Below are positions 48,634 to 57,154 of a stretch of DNA of 64,000 nt, in pieces. The position numbers and the translations under genes are program-made. The notes beneath the pieces were generated by a model. That model saw only the letters and a list, made by a program, of their open reading frames with translations, was not told where the DNA came from and ran no database searches. The stretch is from assembly GCA_963716725.1 (NCBI GenBank), contig CAVQUB010000005.1, positions 32,001-96,000 on the forward strand. Direction: 5' to 3'. Every line of letters begins with the position of its first letter. The stretch's first letter is position 1. This DNA is from an uncultured delta proteobacterium (lineage in GTDB: Bacteria; Myxococcota_A; Polyangia; Polyangiales; Polyangiaceae).

Positions 48634-49305
48634 TCAGCGCAGCGCCCGACCGATGGCCATCTTCGTGCTGAGCACCCAGGCCGATCGCAGGCCGACCCAG
48701 CCGTAGCCCACGGGCGCTCCCGACTCGGGGCTGGCCACCACCAAGATGGTGCCGTGGCCGAAGCCCGTGCGCTTCGTGCCCGCGCGGGAGTCGTCTTGAT
48801 GGCGATAGCGCGAGGCATCCGCGATCCGCATCAGGTAGACGTAGGGAGTCTCGGGGACGGGCTCCGGCGCCGCGAGCAAGAAGGCGACATGCCCGGTGTT
48901 CGCCGACTGGATCTCCTTGGGTTTGAGCCAGGCGATGACGTCCCCCGCGGTGGCGTCCGCGACGCGCGGGACGCGCTCCCAACCCTGCCGCTCGTGGCCG
49001 GCGATGGAGGTCGCAATCTGCCGGTAGTAGTCCCGCGCCAACGGGCGACCGTTCGTCGCGCGGAAAGTCACCGCGGAATGTGCGACGGGGGAAGAGCGCT
49101 TCAGGACCCAGGCGGCCATGCCCGAGCAGTCGAACTCGTATCGTCCCGCGCGTTCATCGACCAAGGTGGCGTGGGTGTACTTCGACACCTGCAAGGTCGA
49201 CTCGATGCGCACCAGGGTCGAGAGCACCGCCTCGGGGCCCACGGGCGCCGCGGACACCGAGGACGCCGTGAGCGTGATCGCCGACAGTAGGCCCGAACGC
49301 ATCAT
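48634..49305 (-). CDS. Secreted NlpC/P60-superfamily-like protein
   Basis: Signal peptide; FDCSG, GDVIAW, TGHV. Confidence 0.65.
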   Translation of the reverse strand: MMRSGLLSAITLTASSVSAAPVGPEAVLSTLVRIESTLQVSKYTHATLVDERAGRYEFDCSGMAAWVLKRSSPVAHSAVTFRATNGRPLARDYYRQIATSIAGHERQGWERVPRVADATAGDVIAWLKPKEIQSANTGHVAFLLAAPEPVPETPYVYLMRIADASRYRHQDDSRAGTKRTGFGHGTILVVASPESGAPVGYGWVGLRSAWVLSTKMAIGRALR

Positions 49306-49416
49306 GAACGACTTTGAACCGAGATCCCCGGCGGATCAAGCGACGCTTCATGGCATTTTGGCCGGGGGTGCACGGCGACGATGACGAGCGGCCGGCGTGA
49401 GGCATAAGCTCGCGCG

Positions 49417-51732
49417 GTGTCCGGCATCGCTCGTTGGTCGCTCCGGATCGGGGCAGTTCTGTTGTGTTCGTCGGTGGCGGGCTGCGCGCCGCCGCCGCGA
49501 CCTCCGGAGTCCGGGGCCGCGCCCAGCGCGAAGCCTCCCGACAAGGCGCCGACCAAGCGCCAGCAGCTGATCCAGGCGCTGCGATCGCTGGAGCGCACGA
49601 GCGATCCCATCGCTGCGCTGCCCGCTGCGCTGAGGAGCGAACTGCGGGAGTTCGTCCAGCAACTCGGTCAAGGCGAGCGCGCCGAACTCGCGAAGCGCGA
49701 GGGCCCCCTGGTGCGTGAGCGCCCGCTGCTCCACTTGGCTGTCGGCGGCACCGCTCCTGATGCGCTCTACGAGCTCGCGACCAGCCAGCGCCTGCCGCAA
49801 GATCTGATGACCGTGCGCGCCGCGTCCGGGAAGACGAGCTTCGACGATCTGCCTGCAGCGGTGACCGTCATGGCCGAGCGGTGCGCGACCACGTGGCTCC
49901 GCGATCGTGCCGCTGAGGCCGCGTCGCCGACCGCGCTCACGCCCGAGCTCGCGGATCGGATCGACGTCGCGGCGCAGGTCCTGGGCCGCTGGGACATCAC
50001 GCGGCTCGTCCGCGAGATCGCGGTCGAGGTCGTGCCCAACGACGCAACCCGCTGGGCGTCGCTGGCGCGCGCCACCGCTCACGAGCTGGACCTGGATGCG
50101 ACTCGCGCCGCCATCGCCGAGGCCAAGAAGTATCCAGTTTCGAATCGGATCCAGGCCGCGCGGGTCACCCGCGCCGAACGCGCGCTCGACGCGGTGTCGA
50201 AGATCAAGCAGCTCGAAACGACGGCAAAGGATCTGCCGAGCCGCCTCGAGCTGGCGCGCGCGCTGCTCGACATCCGTCGCCTCGACCAGGCGAAGAAGGC
50301 CCTCGCGCCCCACCAGGCCGACGCGGCGAAGCACCTCGGTGTCGCGGCCGCGCTGGCCGAGAGCGAGCTCGACAACGGTTTGTGCCCGGGTCTTCCGATG
50401 GGCATGGGCACGACGTTCTTGTGCGCGATAGCCTGGAAGCAGCACGCGCCGATGGTCTCTTTGACTGCGGAGCTCGAGCGGGCCTGGCAGAGCGGCGGCG
50501 GACGCGACGTCCGCGGCATCGAGGGCTACCTGGCCATCGTTCAAATCGCGCCGTGGCTGTACGGAACTACCGGGGCGGCAGGCATCACTCAAGAGGAGCT
50601 GGCGCGGCGATTTCTCGAACGCCTGGGCTCGATGCAGAGCGCGGCGAAGCTGGCGACGGCCAGCGCGCCGCATTTTGCGGGGGCGGTGCTGTTCGCCGAC
50701 ACCATCGCGGCGGGCTTCGACGCCGTCGTCAACAACCACACCAAGGTGCCCCCGGCCGCGCGCGCCGAACTCACCAAGCGCGCCACCGAGGTGGTGAAGG
50801 CGGCGCCGAAAGACCCCCTCGCGCACGCCTCGATGCTGGCCGTGGCCGCTCTCGCGTTTCGCGACGACGACGTGCAGCCGCTGCTCGAGCTGCTGCCCGA
50901 GGACGTCGATCCCGCGAACTTCTCCGCGTTCCAGGTGCTGCGCCTCTGGACCGGCACCGTGAAGCAGAACCCAGCGCTGGCGCGCTCTGCGGCCAACGAG
51001 CTCGCGGCGTTGATCCCCGAGCTCGCCGCCGACTCCCTCGACCGCGCGCGGCTCATGCTCTTGCTCGCGGAGAGCGATGCCACGCTCCACCGATCCGAGA
51101 AGGCATACGCCGTGTTGGAGCAGGTCGCCAAGTCATTGATCTCGGAGGGCGTGCCGCTCGAGCTCCGGCTGCGCGCCGCCATCGACTACGCCGGAGTGCG
51201 AGCGCTCGCGGGCAAGCCCGAAGAAGGAGCCCAAGCGCTCGAACTGATCGTTGCCAGCGCGCCGGTGACGCATCCCGACGTAAAGGCGCTGGGCTTCGTC
51301 GCGTCGAGCTACCTGTTCGTGCTGCGTGCTCGCTCGTCGAGCGGCAGCGAACGAGGGGAATATCGCGACAAGTTCGTGAAGCTCGGAAGCGAGCCAGCGT
51401 TCGCCAAGAGCTCGTCGGCGACGGATCTCTGGCGCCTGCACTGGCGCCGCGAACTCGACTTTTTGGTCGACACGGATCGCTGTGGGCCCCTCCGTGCCTG
51501 TGTCGACAACGCGAAGCGGAAACGCGGTCTGCCGATGGGAGAGCTCGAACAAGACGCGGGACCCGAGGTCGCCAAGCTGATCCGCCGGGGCGCGCTGCCG
51601 TCGGGCACCCTGAACCTGACCTTTGCCTTCGGCTCGTCGGGCCTCGAGGGCATCGTCCAGGTCACCCCGGCGTTGTTGGTCATGAACTCGCCCGGCCCAA
51701 CAACCGCAGAAAGAGCGGGCGATCGGCCGTAG
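49417..51732 (+). CDS. Large helical (TPR-like) lipoprotein
   Basis: Lipobox VAGC; Ala/Leu-rich helical repeats. Confidence 0.7.
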   Translation: MSGIARWSLRIGAVLLCSSVAGCAPPPRPPESGAAPSAKPPDKAPTKRQQLIQALRSLERTSDPIAALPAALRSELREFVQQLGQGERAELAKREGPLVRERPLLHLAVGGTAPDALYELATSQRLPQDLMTVRAASGKTSFDDLPAAVTVMAERCATTWLRDRAAEAASPTALTPELADRIDVAAQVLGRWDITRLVREIAVEVVPNDATRWASLARATAHELDLDATRAAIAEAKKYPVSNRIQAARVTRAERALDAVSKIKQLETTAKDLPSRLELARALLDIRRLDQAKKALAPHQADAAKHLGVAAALAESELDNGLCPGLPMGMGTTFLCAIAWKQHAPMVSLTAELERAWQSGGGRDVRGIEGYLAIVQIAPWLYGTTGAAGITQEELARRFLERLGSMQSAAKLATASAPHFAGAVLFADTIAAGFDAVVNNHTKVPPAARAELTKRATEVVKAAPKDPLAHASMLAVAALAFRDDDVQPLLELLPEDVDPANFSAFQVLRLWTGTVKQNPALARSAANELAALIPELAADSLDRARLMLLLAESDATLHRSEKAYAVLEQVAKSLISEGVPLELRLRAAIDYAGVRALAGKPEEGAQALELIVASAPVTHPDVKALGFVASSYLFVLRARSSSGSERGEYRDKFVKLGSEPAFAKSSSATDLWRLHWRRELDFLVDTDRCGPLRACVDNAKRKRGLPMGELEQDAGPEVAKLIRRGALPSGTLNLTFAFGSSGLEGIVQVTPALLVMNSPGPTTAERAGDRP

Positions 51733-51771
51733 GGGCTTGCCAGAAACCACTTTATCCTACACTGTGCGCCA

Positions 51772-52113
51772 ATGGAGCACAGTCGCCGCCACGCACGTCT
51801 CCCGGTGAGGTTCCCCGTCGCCATCGAGAGCCCCGCCAAACCCGGTCGGGTCGGCGTGGTCCGCAACGTCAGCCAGCGGGGGGTCTTGCTCGGCACGCCG
51901 AGCCGCTACCAGCCCGGGCAGCGCGTGCGCCTGCGCTTCAAGACCCGGTCCGGCGGGCCCGAGTTCGATCTGCCGGCGACGGTCGTCCGGATCGAGCACG
52001 ATCCCAACGGCGACTGGCTCGCGAAGCTGGTCGCGTTCGAGTTCGATCGCGACGTGAACGAGGGACGCCTCGACGAGCTGCGCCGGACCTACGAGCTGTT
52101 CTCCGCGGCGTGA
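51772..52113 (+). CDS. Stand-alone PilZ-domain protein
   Basis: RRHAR (RxxxR) and NVSQRG ([D/N]xSxxG). Confidence 0.85.
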   Translation: MEHSRRHARLPVRFPVAIESPAKPGRVGVVRNVSQRGVLLGTPSRYQPGQRVRLRFKTRSGGPEFDLPATVVRIEHDPNGDWLAKLVAFEFDRDVNEGRLDELRRTYELFSAA

Positions 52114-52119
52114 TCGAGG

Positions 52120-54303
52120 TCAGTACTCGAAGCCGCTGCCACCGATGAACTCGCGGAGGATCGACGTCGGCGGGACGTGGTCCGGATAGATTGTCACGAA
52201 GCGATCGAGCAGCCCGAGCAAGCGAAACGCCGTCGTGTAGGCGGCATCGGACTGGGGGACCTCGAGCAGGTAGCGCTCGGCGAAGACCTTGAGCACGCTA
52301 AGCTCGTAGATCAACGACGAGTCGAAGACCGCGTCGGCGTGGTGCTGGTACGGAAAGATGTGCTTGCGCTCGCCCGCGCGCACGCTGGGCCAGCGCATGA
52401 TGTTCATCGCCGCGGTGGCCCCTCGCGTATGTCGATCTCTGACAATGCGCCGGATCAGGCGCACGTCGCTGGCGTGCACGCGCGTCAGCCGGTCGAAGGG
52501 CAGCTGGGCCAGGGGACAGGCGAATACGCGGTACACGCTGTCCGCGGGCAGGGTCGACAGCAGCTTTGGGTTCAGGCCATGGATGCCTTCGAGCATCAAG
52601 ATGTCGCGCTCCCCCAGGGAGATCTCCGCCCCGCCTCCGGCGTCGCTGGCGCCCGTCGTGAAGTCGTAGCGCGCGGTACGTAGGGTTTCCCCGGCCAGAA
52701 GTCGGGAGGTGTGCTCTTGCAGGAGGGGGACGCGCAGCGCTTCGAAGGCCTCGTAGTCGTAGTCGCCCTCTTCGTCCCGGGGGGTCTCGTCGCGGTCCAC
52801 GTAGTAGTCGTCGAGCGAAACGCTGACCGGGTTGATGCCGTTCACCTGGAGCTGAACCCGGAGTCGCTTGATGAAGGTCGTCTTTCCCGATGACGAAGGA
52901 CCGGCGATGCACACGACCTTCACCCTGGCGCCGCGTGAGTGGATGTCGTCCGCGATGCGTCCGATGCGCTTCTCCTGGAAGCCTTCGCTCACGCGAATCA
53001 GCTGCGAGACGTCTGCCCCGATGCAAGCGCGATTGAAAGCGCCGATGCTGGTGATGGACAACGTCTCGAGCCAGCGATCCTGGTCGCGGGTCATCGAGCT
53101 GGCTTGTTGGGACACGGCGCGGGCGTGCTGCACTCGCGCCGCCGATGCGCTCGGAGCCGTCGACTCGGACAAGAGCGGTCCCTCGGCGAGCGGAGTGCCG
53201 TAGACCATGAGCAGCGCGCCATCGTCGGCGAGCACCCGGAACTCTTTGGACAGCTTGCCCGCGCTCGAGAGCAGCGCACCAAAGCTCAGCGCGTAGACCT
53301 CGCCACAAGCCACCAGGGGCACCGCCGGCTCTCGCCAGAGGTCGAGCAGCTGGGCCACGTCCTGCCACCCCGCCGCCGCAAAGTGCGCCTTGGCTTCATC
53401 GACGGTCCACCACTCCTCGCGGAGCAAGCTGTCTTCTTCGATCAACTCGCGCATGGTGCGCTCGAGATCGGCGGCCACTCGGCTCAGATCTCCTGGTCCG
53501 CCCTCGGCGATCACGCGCTGTGCGAAGCCTACCGAGTGCCCCATGCGCAGTCGCAGCGAAGGGTCCACCCGGCGCCCGGCGGCCAAGAGCACCAACGCCT
53601 GGCTGTGGCGGTAGATGCGCTGCCCCTCCCAATGATCGGCGGTGAGCGCTTCCACCGTGCAGTCCGACGACAGCGGGCTCACGAGCGAGAGCGCCTTCTT
53701 GTCCACGAGCGCTGCGACGATCAGGCGACCCCGGTCGTACTTCGGCAGCAGATCTTCCAGCGGGGTGCCGGTACGCGCTCGGCGCGGCCGGCCGGCGACG
53801 GTCACGTCGAGGGTCGTGCGTCTGGGCAGGGAACGTTCGTGGAGCAAGAGGCCGACGTTGTCGGTCATATCGATCAGACGTGCCGCCACGCCTCCGACCA
53901 ACGACTGCACGACGGACAGGGCCAGCGTGGGATACTGCCGCGCGAGGTCGTCGAAGCGCTCGCGCGTGAGCACTGCGAGCTCGACGCGAGTGGTGGCGGT
54001 GATGGTGGCGGCGCGGGGGCGGTCGGAGATCAGCGCCAGCTCGCCAAAATGCTCGCCACGGGTGATCTCGTCGAGCTCCAGCCCGTGCCGGCTGATGCTC
54101 GCGGTGCCGTCGAGAACGAAATACATGGCGCGGTCGAGCTCGCCTTCTTGCACCACCACCGTGCCCGTCTCGACCCAGAGCTGGTCCAGAAAGGGTGCGA
54201 CGTGATCGCGCTCGATCGCGGAGAGTCCGCGAAAAATCGGGTTCCCGCTCTCCCGGAGCGCAGAGGATGAGGGCGGGATGCTGGTCGTGGGCCGGATGGA
54301 CAT
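52120..54303 (-). CDS. cNMP-binding domain + ThrRS-N-terminal-like region + uridine/nucleoside kinase fusion
   Basis: GEHFGELAL..PRAAT; IVAALVD...YRHS; AGPSSSGKTT, SLDDYY, EGIHGL, RRIVRD, W.SVR.GE..HIFP. Confidence 0.85.
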   Translation of the reverse strand: MSIRPTTSIPPSSSALRESGNPIFRGLSAIERDHVAPFLDQLWVETGTVVVQEGELDRAMYFVLDGTASISRHGLELDEITRGEHFGELALISDRPRAATITATTRVELAVLTRERFDDLARQYPTLALSVVQSLVGGVAARLIDMTDNVGLLLHERSLPRRTTLDVTVAGRPRRARTGTPLEDLLPKYDRGRLIVAALVDKKALSLVSPLSSDCTVEALTADHWEGQRIYRHSQALVLLAAGRRVDPSLRLRMGHSVGFAQRVIAEGGPGDLSRVAADLERTMRELIEEDSLLREEWWTVDEAKAHFAAAGWQDVAQLLDLWREPAVPLVACGEVYALSFGALLSSAGKLSKEFRVLADDGALLMVYGTPLAEGPLLSESTAPSASAARVQHARAVSQQASSMTRDQDRWLETLSITSIGAFNRACIGADVSQLIRVSEGFQEKRIGRIADDIHSRGARVKVVCIAGPSSSGKTTFIKRLRVQLQVNGINPVSVSLDDYYVDRDETPRDEEGDYDYEAFEALRVPLLQEHTSRLLAGETLRTARYDFTTGASDAGGGAEISLGERDILMLEGIHGLNPKLLSTLPADSVYRVFACPLAQLPFDRLTRVHASDVRLIRRIVRDRHTRGATAAMNIMRWPSVRAGERKHIFPYQHHADAVFDSSLIYELSVLKVFAERYLLEVPQSDAAYTTAFRLLGLLDRFVTIYPDHVPPTSILREFIGGSGFEY

Positions 54304-54317
54304 GCGACGTTCCTGGA

Positions 54318-54740
54318 ATGTGGCGTGATAGGTTCGCCCACGTGGCGGCTGAGGAGAAGGGCGTTGTCCCGCCGCAGGCAGTCGTCGGCTGGCGGCGCGT
54401 GGGCTTGGCCGTAGGGACCCTGGTTTTCTTGGCCGTCGCCTGCTCGATGGCAGTTTGGTGGTTCACCGAGGCGCTGCCCATCGCCTGGACGGCCGCGCTT
54501 CCTCTGGTGCTCTACCCGATCTTGGGAGTCTTCGGCCGAGGTCCCGTCGGCGACTTGCGGCGCACTGCCGAGCCCTACGTCGACGCCTACATCTTCTTGT
54601 GCATGGGCGGCATGACCATTGGCGCCGGCATGGAGCAGTGGGGACTGCGCGGTCGGGTCGCGCTCCACGTCATGCGGGCTGTGGGCACCGAGCCGCGCCG
54701 CCTCTTGCTCGGGATGCTCGTGGCTACGGCCGCCCGGTGA
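54318..54740 (+). pseudogene. Truncated SLC13/DASS (sodium:dicarboxylate/sulfate) transporter fragment
   Basis: MAVWWFTEALPI..TAALP, IFL.MGG..I..MEQWGL..RVAL...LLLGM..ATA, then a stop after about 140 aa; no continuation seen. Confidence 0.8.
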
Positions 54741-54755
54741 ATGTGGGATTCCGGT

Positions 54756-55241
54756 TCAGGGGTCCTTGCGTCGCGTGTAGCGCACCACCATTTTCGAGTC
54801 GGCACCGCGCACGACCAACACGTCGTCGGTCTTCTCGATGACGTGTCGCTCCAGGGTCGTGCCGACGCTCTCGGCCTCGCAAGTGCTGTGCTCGATGTCG
54901 AAGTAAATCATCCGGTCGGCGACCCGGAGCTTCCCCCAGAGATCGCAGATGGGGCGGTGCTGCTGCACCGGCAAGTGGATGTGAAAGCGTCCGTCGCTGG
55001 TCACGTCGAGCCGCGTCACCAGCTTGCTGTTGGCCAAGCCGTTCCAGCCGCCCACGAAGTAGAGGTAGGGATCGCTGCGATCGACGGCCTCGATGGGCTC
55101 GGCGCGGGGGGGAGGAGCGTCGTCGCGTGTGTCCCGCCCGCTCTGGGTCGGGATCACGATTTCGGCTTGGGAGCGCGCCGGGCTCGTGGCGGAGCCCCCG
55201 CAGCCCGCGAGGAGCAGAGTTGCGAGGAGCGGCCACTTCAC
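54756..55241 (-). CDS. Hypothetical lipoprotein
   Basis: KWPLLATLLLAGC lipobox. Confidence 0.7.
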   Translation of the reverse strand: MKWPLLATLLLAGCGGSATSPARSQAEIVIPTQSGRDTRDDAPPPRAEPIEAVDRSDPYLYFVGGWNGLANSKLVTRLDVTSDGRFHIHLPVQQHRPICDLWGKLRVADRMIYFDIEHSTCEAESVGTTLERHVIEKTDDVLVVRGADSKMVVRYTRRKDP

Positions 55242-55291
55242 CCCGGCATCCTGACCTTGCCGGGGCCGAGAGAAAAATCCCCGGGGCCCCC

Positions 55292-55337
55292 TTGACTCGT
55301 GTGATACACGGTGATACACGTATCACGCCGTGACACA
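55292..55337 (+). promoter_or_regulatory. Promoter with repeated operator
   Basis: TTGACT at 55292; GTGATACACG twice (55301, 55311); palindrome GTGATAC-AC-GTATCAC; GTGACACA over the start codon. Confidence 0.75.
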
Positions 55338-55791
55338 GAAACCCTCCGAACCTCCGAAGCCCGAGGAAAACGCCGACGAAGCCCCCGAGGGCGCCGAACC
55401 CAAGAAGGAGCGGGTGCTGCACACCCGCATCCCGGCCGTGCTCGAGGGCGAGCTGAAATCCGCCGCGCGGGCCCTGCGCATTCCGGTCTCGAACCTGGTG
55501 CGCACCATCCTCGAGGACGCGGTCAGTATCGCCGACCGCGCCTCCGAGCGGGTGGAGGACCGCCTGAGCCGCGCGGCCAAGACGGTCCACGACGAGCGCG
55601 ACCGCCTGCGGTCCAAGGCGGTGCGCAAGCCAAAGCTAGACGACGTGGTCGCGTATCAACCCGTCGTCCTGGCGAAGCCGAGCGAGTGCGCCAAGTGCGG
55701 CGCCGAGCTCGCTGAAGGTGATCAGGCCGGTCTCGCGGTTGGCGCGATGCCCGGCGCGGCGCGCTTCGTCTGCGCCACTTGCATGCCCTAG
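55330..55791 (+). CDS. Putative ribbon-helix-helix regulator with C-terminal CxxC...CxxC zinc finger
   Basis: VLHTRIPAVLEGELKSAARALRIPVSNLVRTILE; CAKC...CATC. Confidence 0.7.
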   Translation: MTQKPSEPPKPEENADEAPEGAEPKKERVLHTRIPAVLEGELKSAARALRIPVSNLVRTILEDAVSIADRASERVEDRLSRAAKTVHDERDRLRSKAVRKPKLDDVVAYQPVVLAKPSECAKCGAELAEGDQAGLAVGAMPGAARFVCATCMP

Positions 55792-55893
55792 CTGCTTCTA
55801 GAATCACGAAGGTCACCGCGCGAGCATGTTGCTCGTCGATGGCGGACGTGTGTCCCAAGCGCCACTTCGGCGCAGTTTGAACAGGAGTCCATC

Positions 55894-56139
55894 ATGAACA
55901 CGCAAACCGAATCCCAGAACCAGTCCGACGCCGCCGAGATCGCATCTGCCTTCGTCCGAGTGGGCGCCGCATGGGCTCGCTACGGCCTCAGCATCGCGCG
56001 CTCGTCGGTAGAGACCAGCGCCCGCACGCTGGAAGTGACCGCGGGCGCCTTGGGCACCATCGCGAATCGCTTCGAAGAGCTCGCGAAGGACCCCAAGGCC
56101 GAGGGCGACACGGTGAAAACCACCGGCAAACCCGAATGA
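55894..56139 (+). CDS. 81-aa amphipathic helical protein
   Basis: AGGAG RBS; coding-like codon usage. Confidence 0.7.
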   Translation: MNTQTESQNQSDAAEIASAFVRVGAAWARYGLSIARSSVETSARTLEVTAGALGTIANRFEELAKDPKAEGDTVKTTGKPE

Positions 56140-56179
56140 CGCGCGGCCGCGGAACGAGTCGATCTATGCTGTCCCCACC

Positions 56180-57085
56180 ATGGGGATCCGGCAGCGACTC
56201 GTTCTAGTGGTGTGCGTGACAGCGGTGGCGTGTGGCGGCGGCGCGACCAGCGGCCCCGGCGCGGAGCACGCGTCGGGCGTGGAGGGAGCCGATGACGCCA
56301 GGGGAGGCGAAGGCGGCGAAGCGAAGGGTGGGCCCCCGCCCGCCAAGGCGCCCGCGGCGGGGACCAAGTCCCTCGAGAAGCGCACCGCGTCCTTGGTCTT
56401 CGATTTCACGTTGAAGAAGGGGGAGCACGCGGGCGGCATGCAGGCCGGCAGCTGGTCCCTCGAAGAAGAGCGCGCGATCGAGGTCCTCGCCAGCGAGGGC
56501 TCCGCCGTCAACAAGCTGAAGGTGGTCTACGGCCGGCGCGAGTCCAAGCCGCTGCTCGGAGTCGAGATGACGACGGCGACGGCCGGTCACACCTACGTGC
56601 TCGAGTCGAAGGGCGGCAACGTCGACATTGGCCGCGGCGATGGCAAGGACGTCAGCGGTGGCGAACGCGACGCGCTGATGGCGGAGTACGACTGGGTCGG
56701 TGGTCCGAGCCCGCTCTCGAAGTGGCTTGGCGAGGGCGGGCCCGCGGCGGGCAAGAAGCTCGAAGGCGGTCCGTCGGAGACGCGGGCGCTGGTCGGCGTT
56801 CTCGCGGGCGTCGACTACCAGAGTTCCAAGGTCAGCGTGGTGTCGAAGGGAAAGTCCGGCGACACGCTCACGCTCGACGTGACGACGACGCTCACGCTGG
56901 TGGGTGGCAAGACGCGCTTCGAGCTCACGCTCAGCGGTCCGGCCCAGGTCGATCTGGCGAAGGGCTGGGTGAGCACGCTGTCGCTGAAGGGCACCGCCAA
57001 GGCCAGCGGGACCCTCGACCACAAGAAGGGTGTGCTCGACGTGACCGGCACGGGCAAGGCCGAGATCAGCCGCAGCGCCGAGTGA
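56180..57085 (+). CDS. Hypothetical lipoprotein
   Basis: Lipobox AVAC; strong GC3 bias. Confidence 0.75.
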   Translation: MGIRQRLVLVVCVTAVACGGGATSGPGAEHASGVEGADDARGGEGGEAKGGPPPAKAPAAGTKSLEKRTASLVFDFTLKKGEHAGGMQAGSWSLEEERAIEVLASEGSAVNKLKVVYGRRESKPLLGVEMTTATAGHTYVLESKGGNVDIGRGDGKDVSGGERDALMAEYDWVGGPSPLSKWLGEGGPAAGKKLEGGPSETRALVGVLAGVDYQSSKVSVVSKGKSGDTLTLDVTTTLTLVGGKTRFELTLSGPAQVDLAKGWVSTLSLKGTAKASGTLDHKKGVLDVTGTGKAEISRSAE

Positions 57086-57154
57086 AGCGAGCGATGGATG
57101 CTTCAGGCCGGGTGTGGCCGCGCAGCTTGCGAGGATCGTAGTACCGTATCGCGC

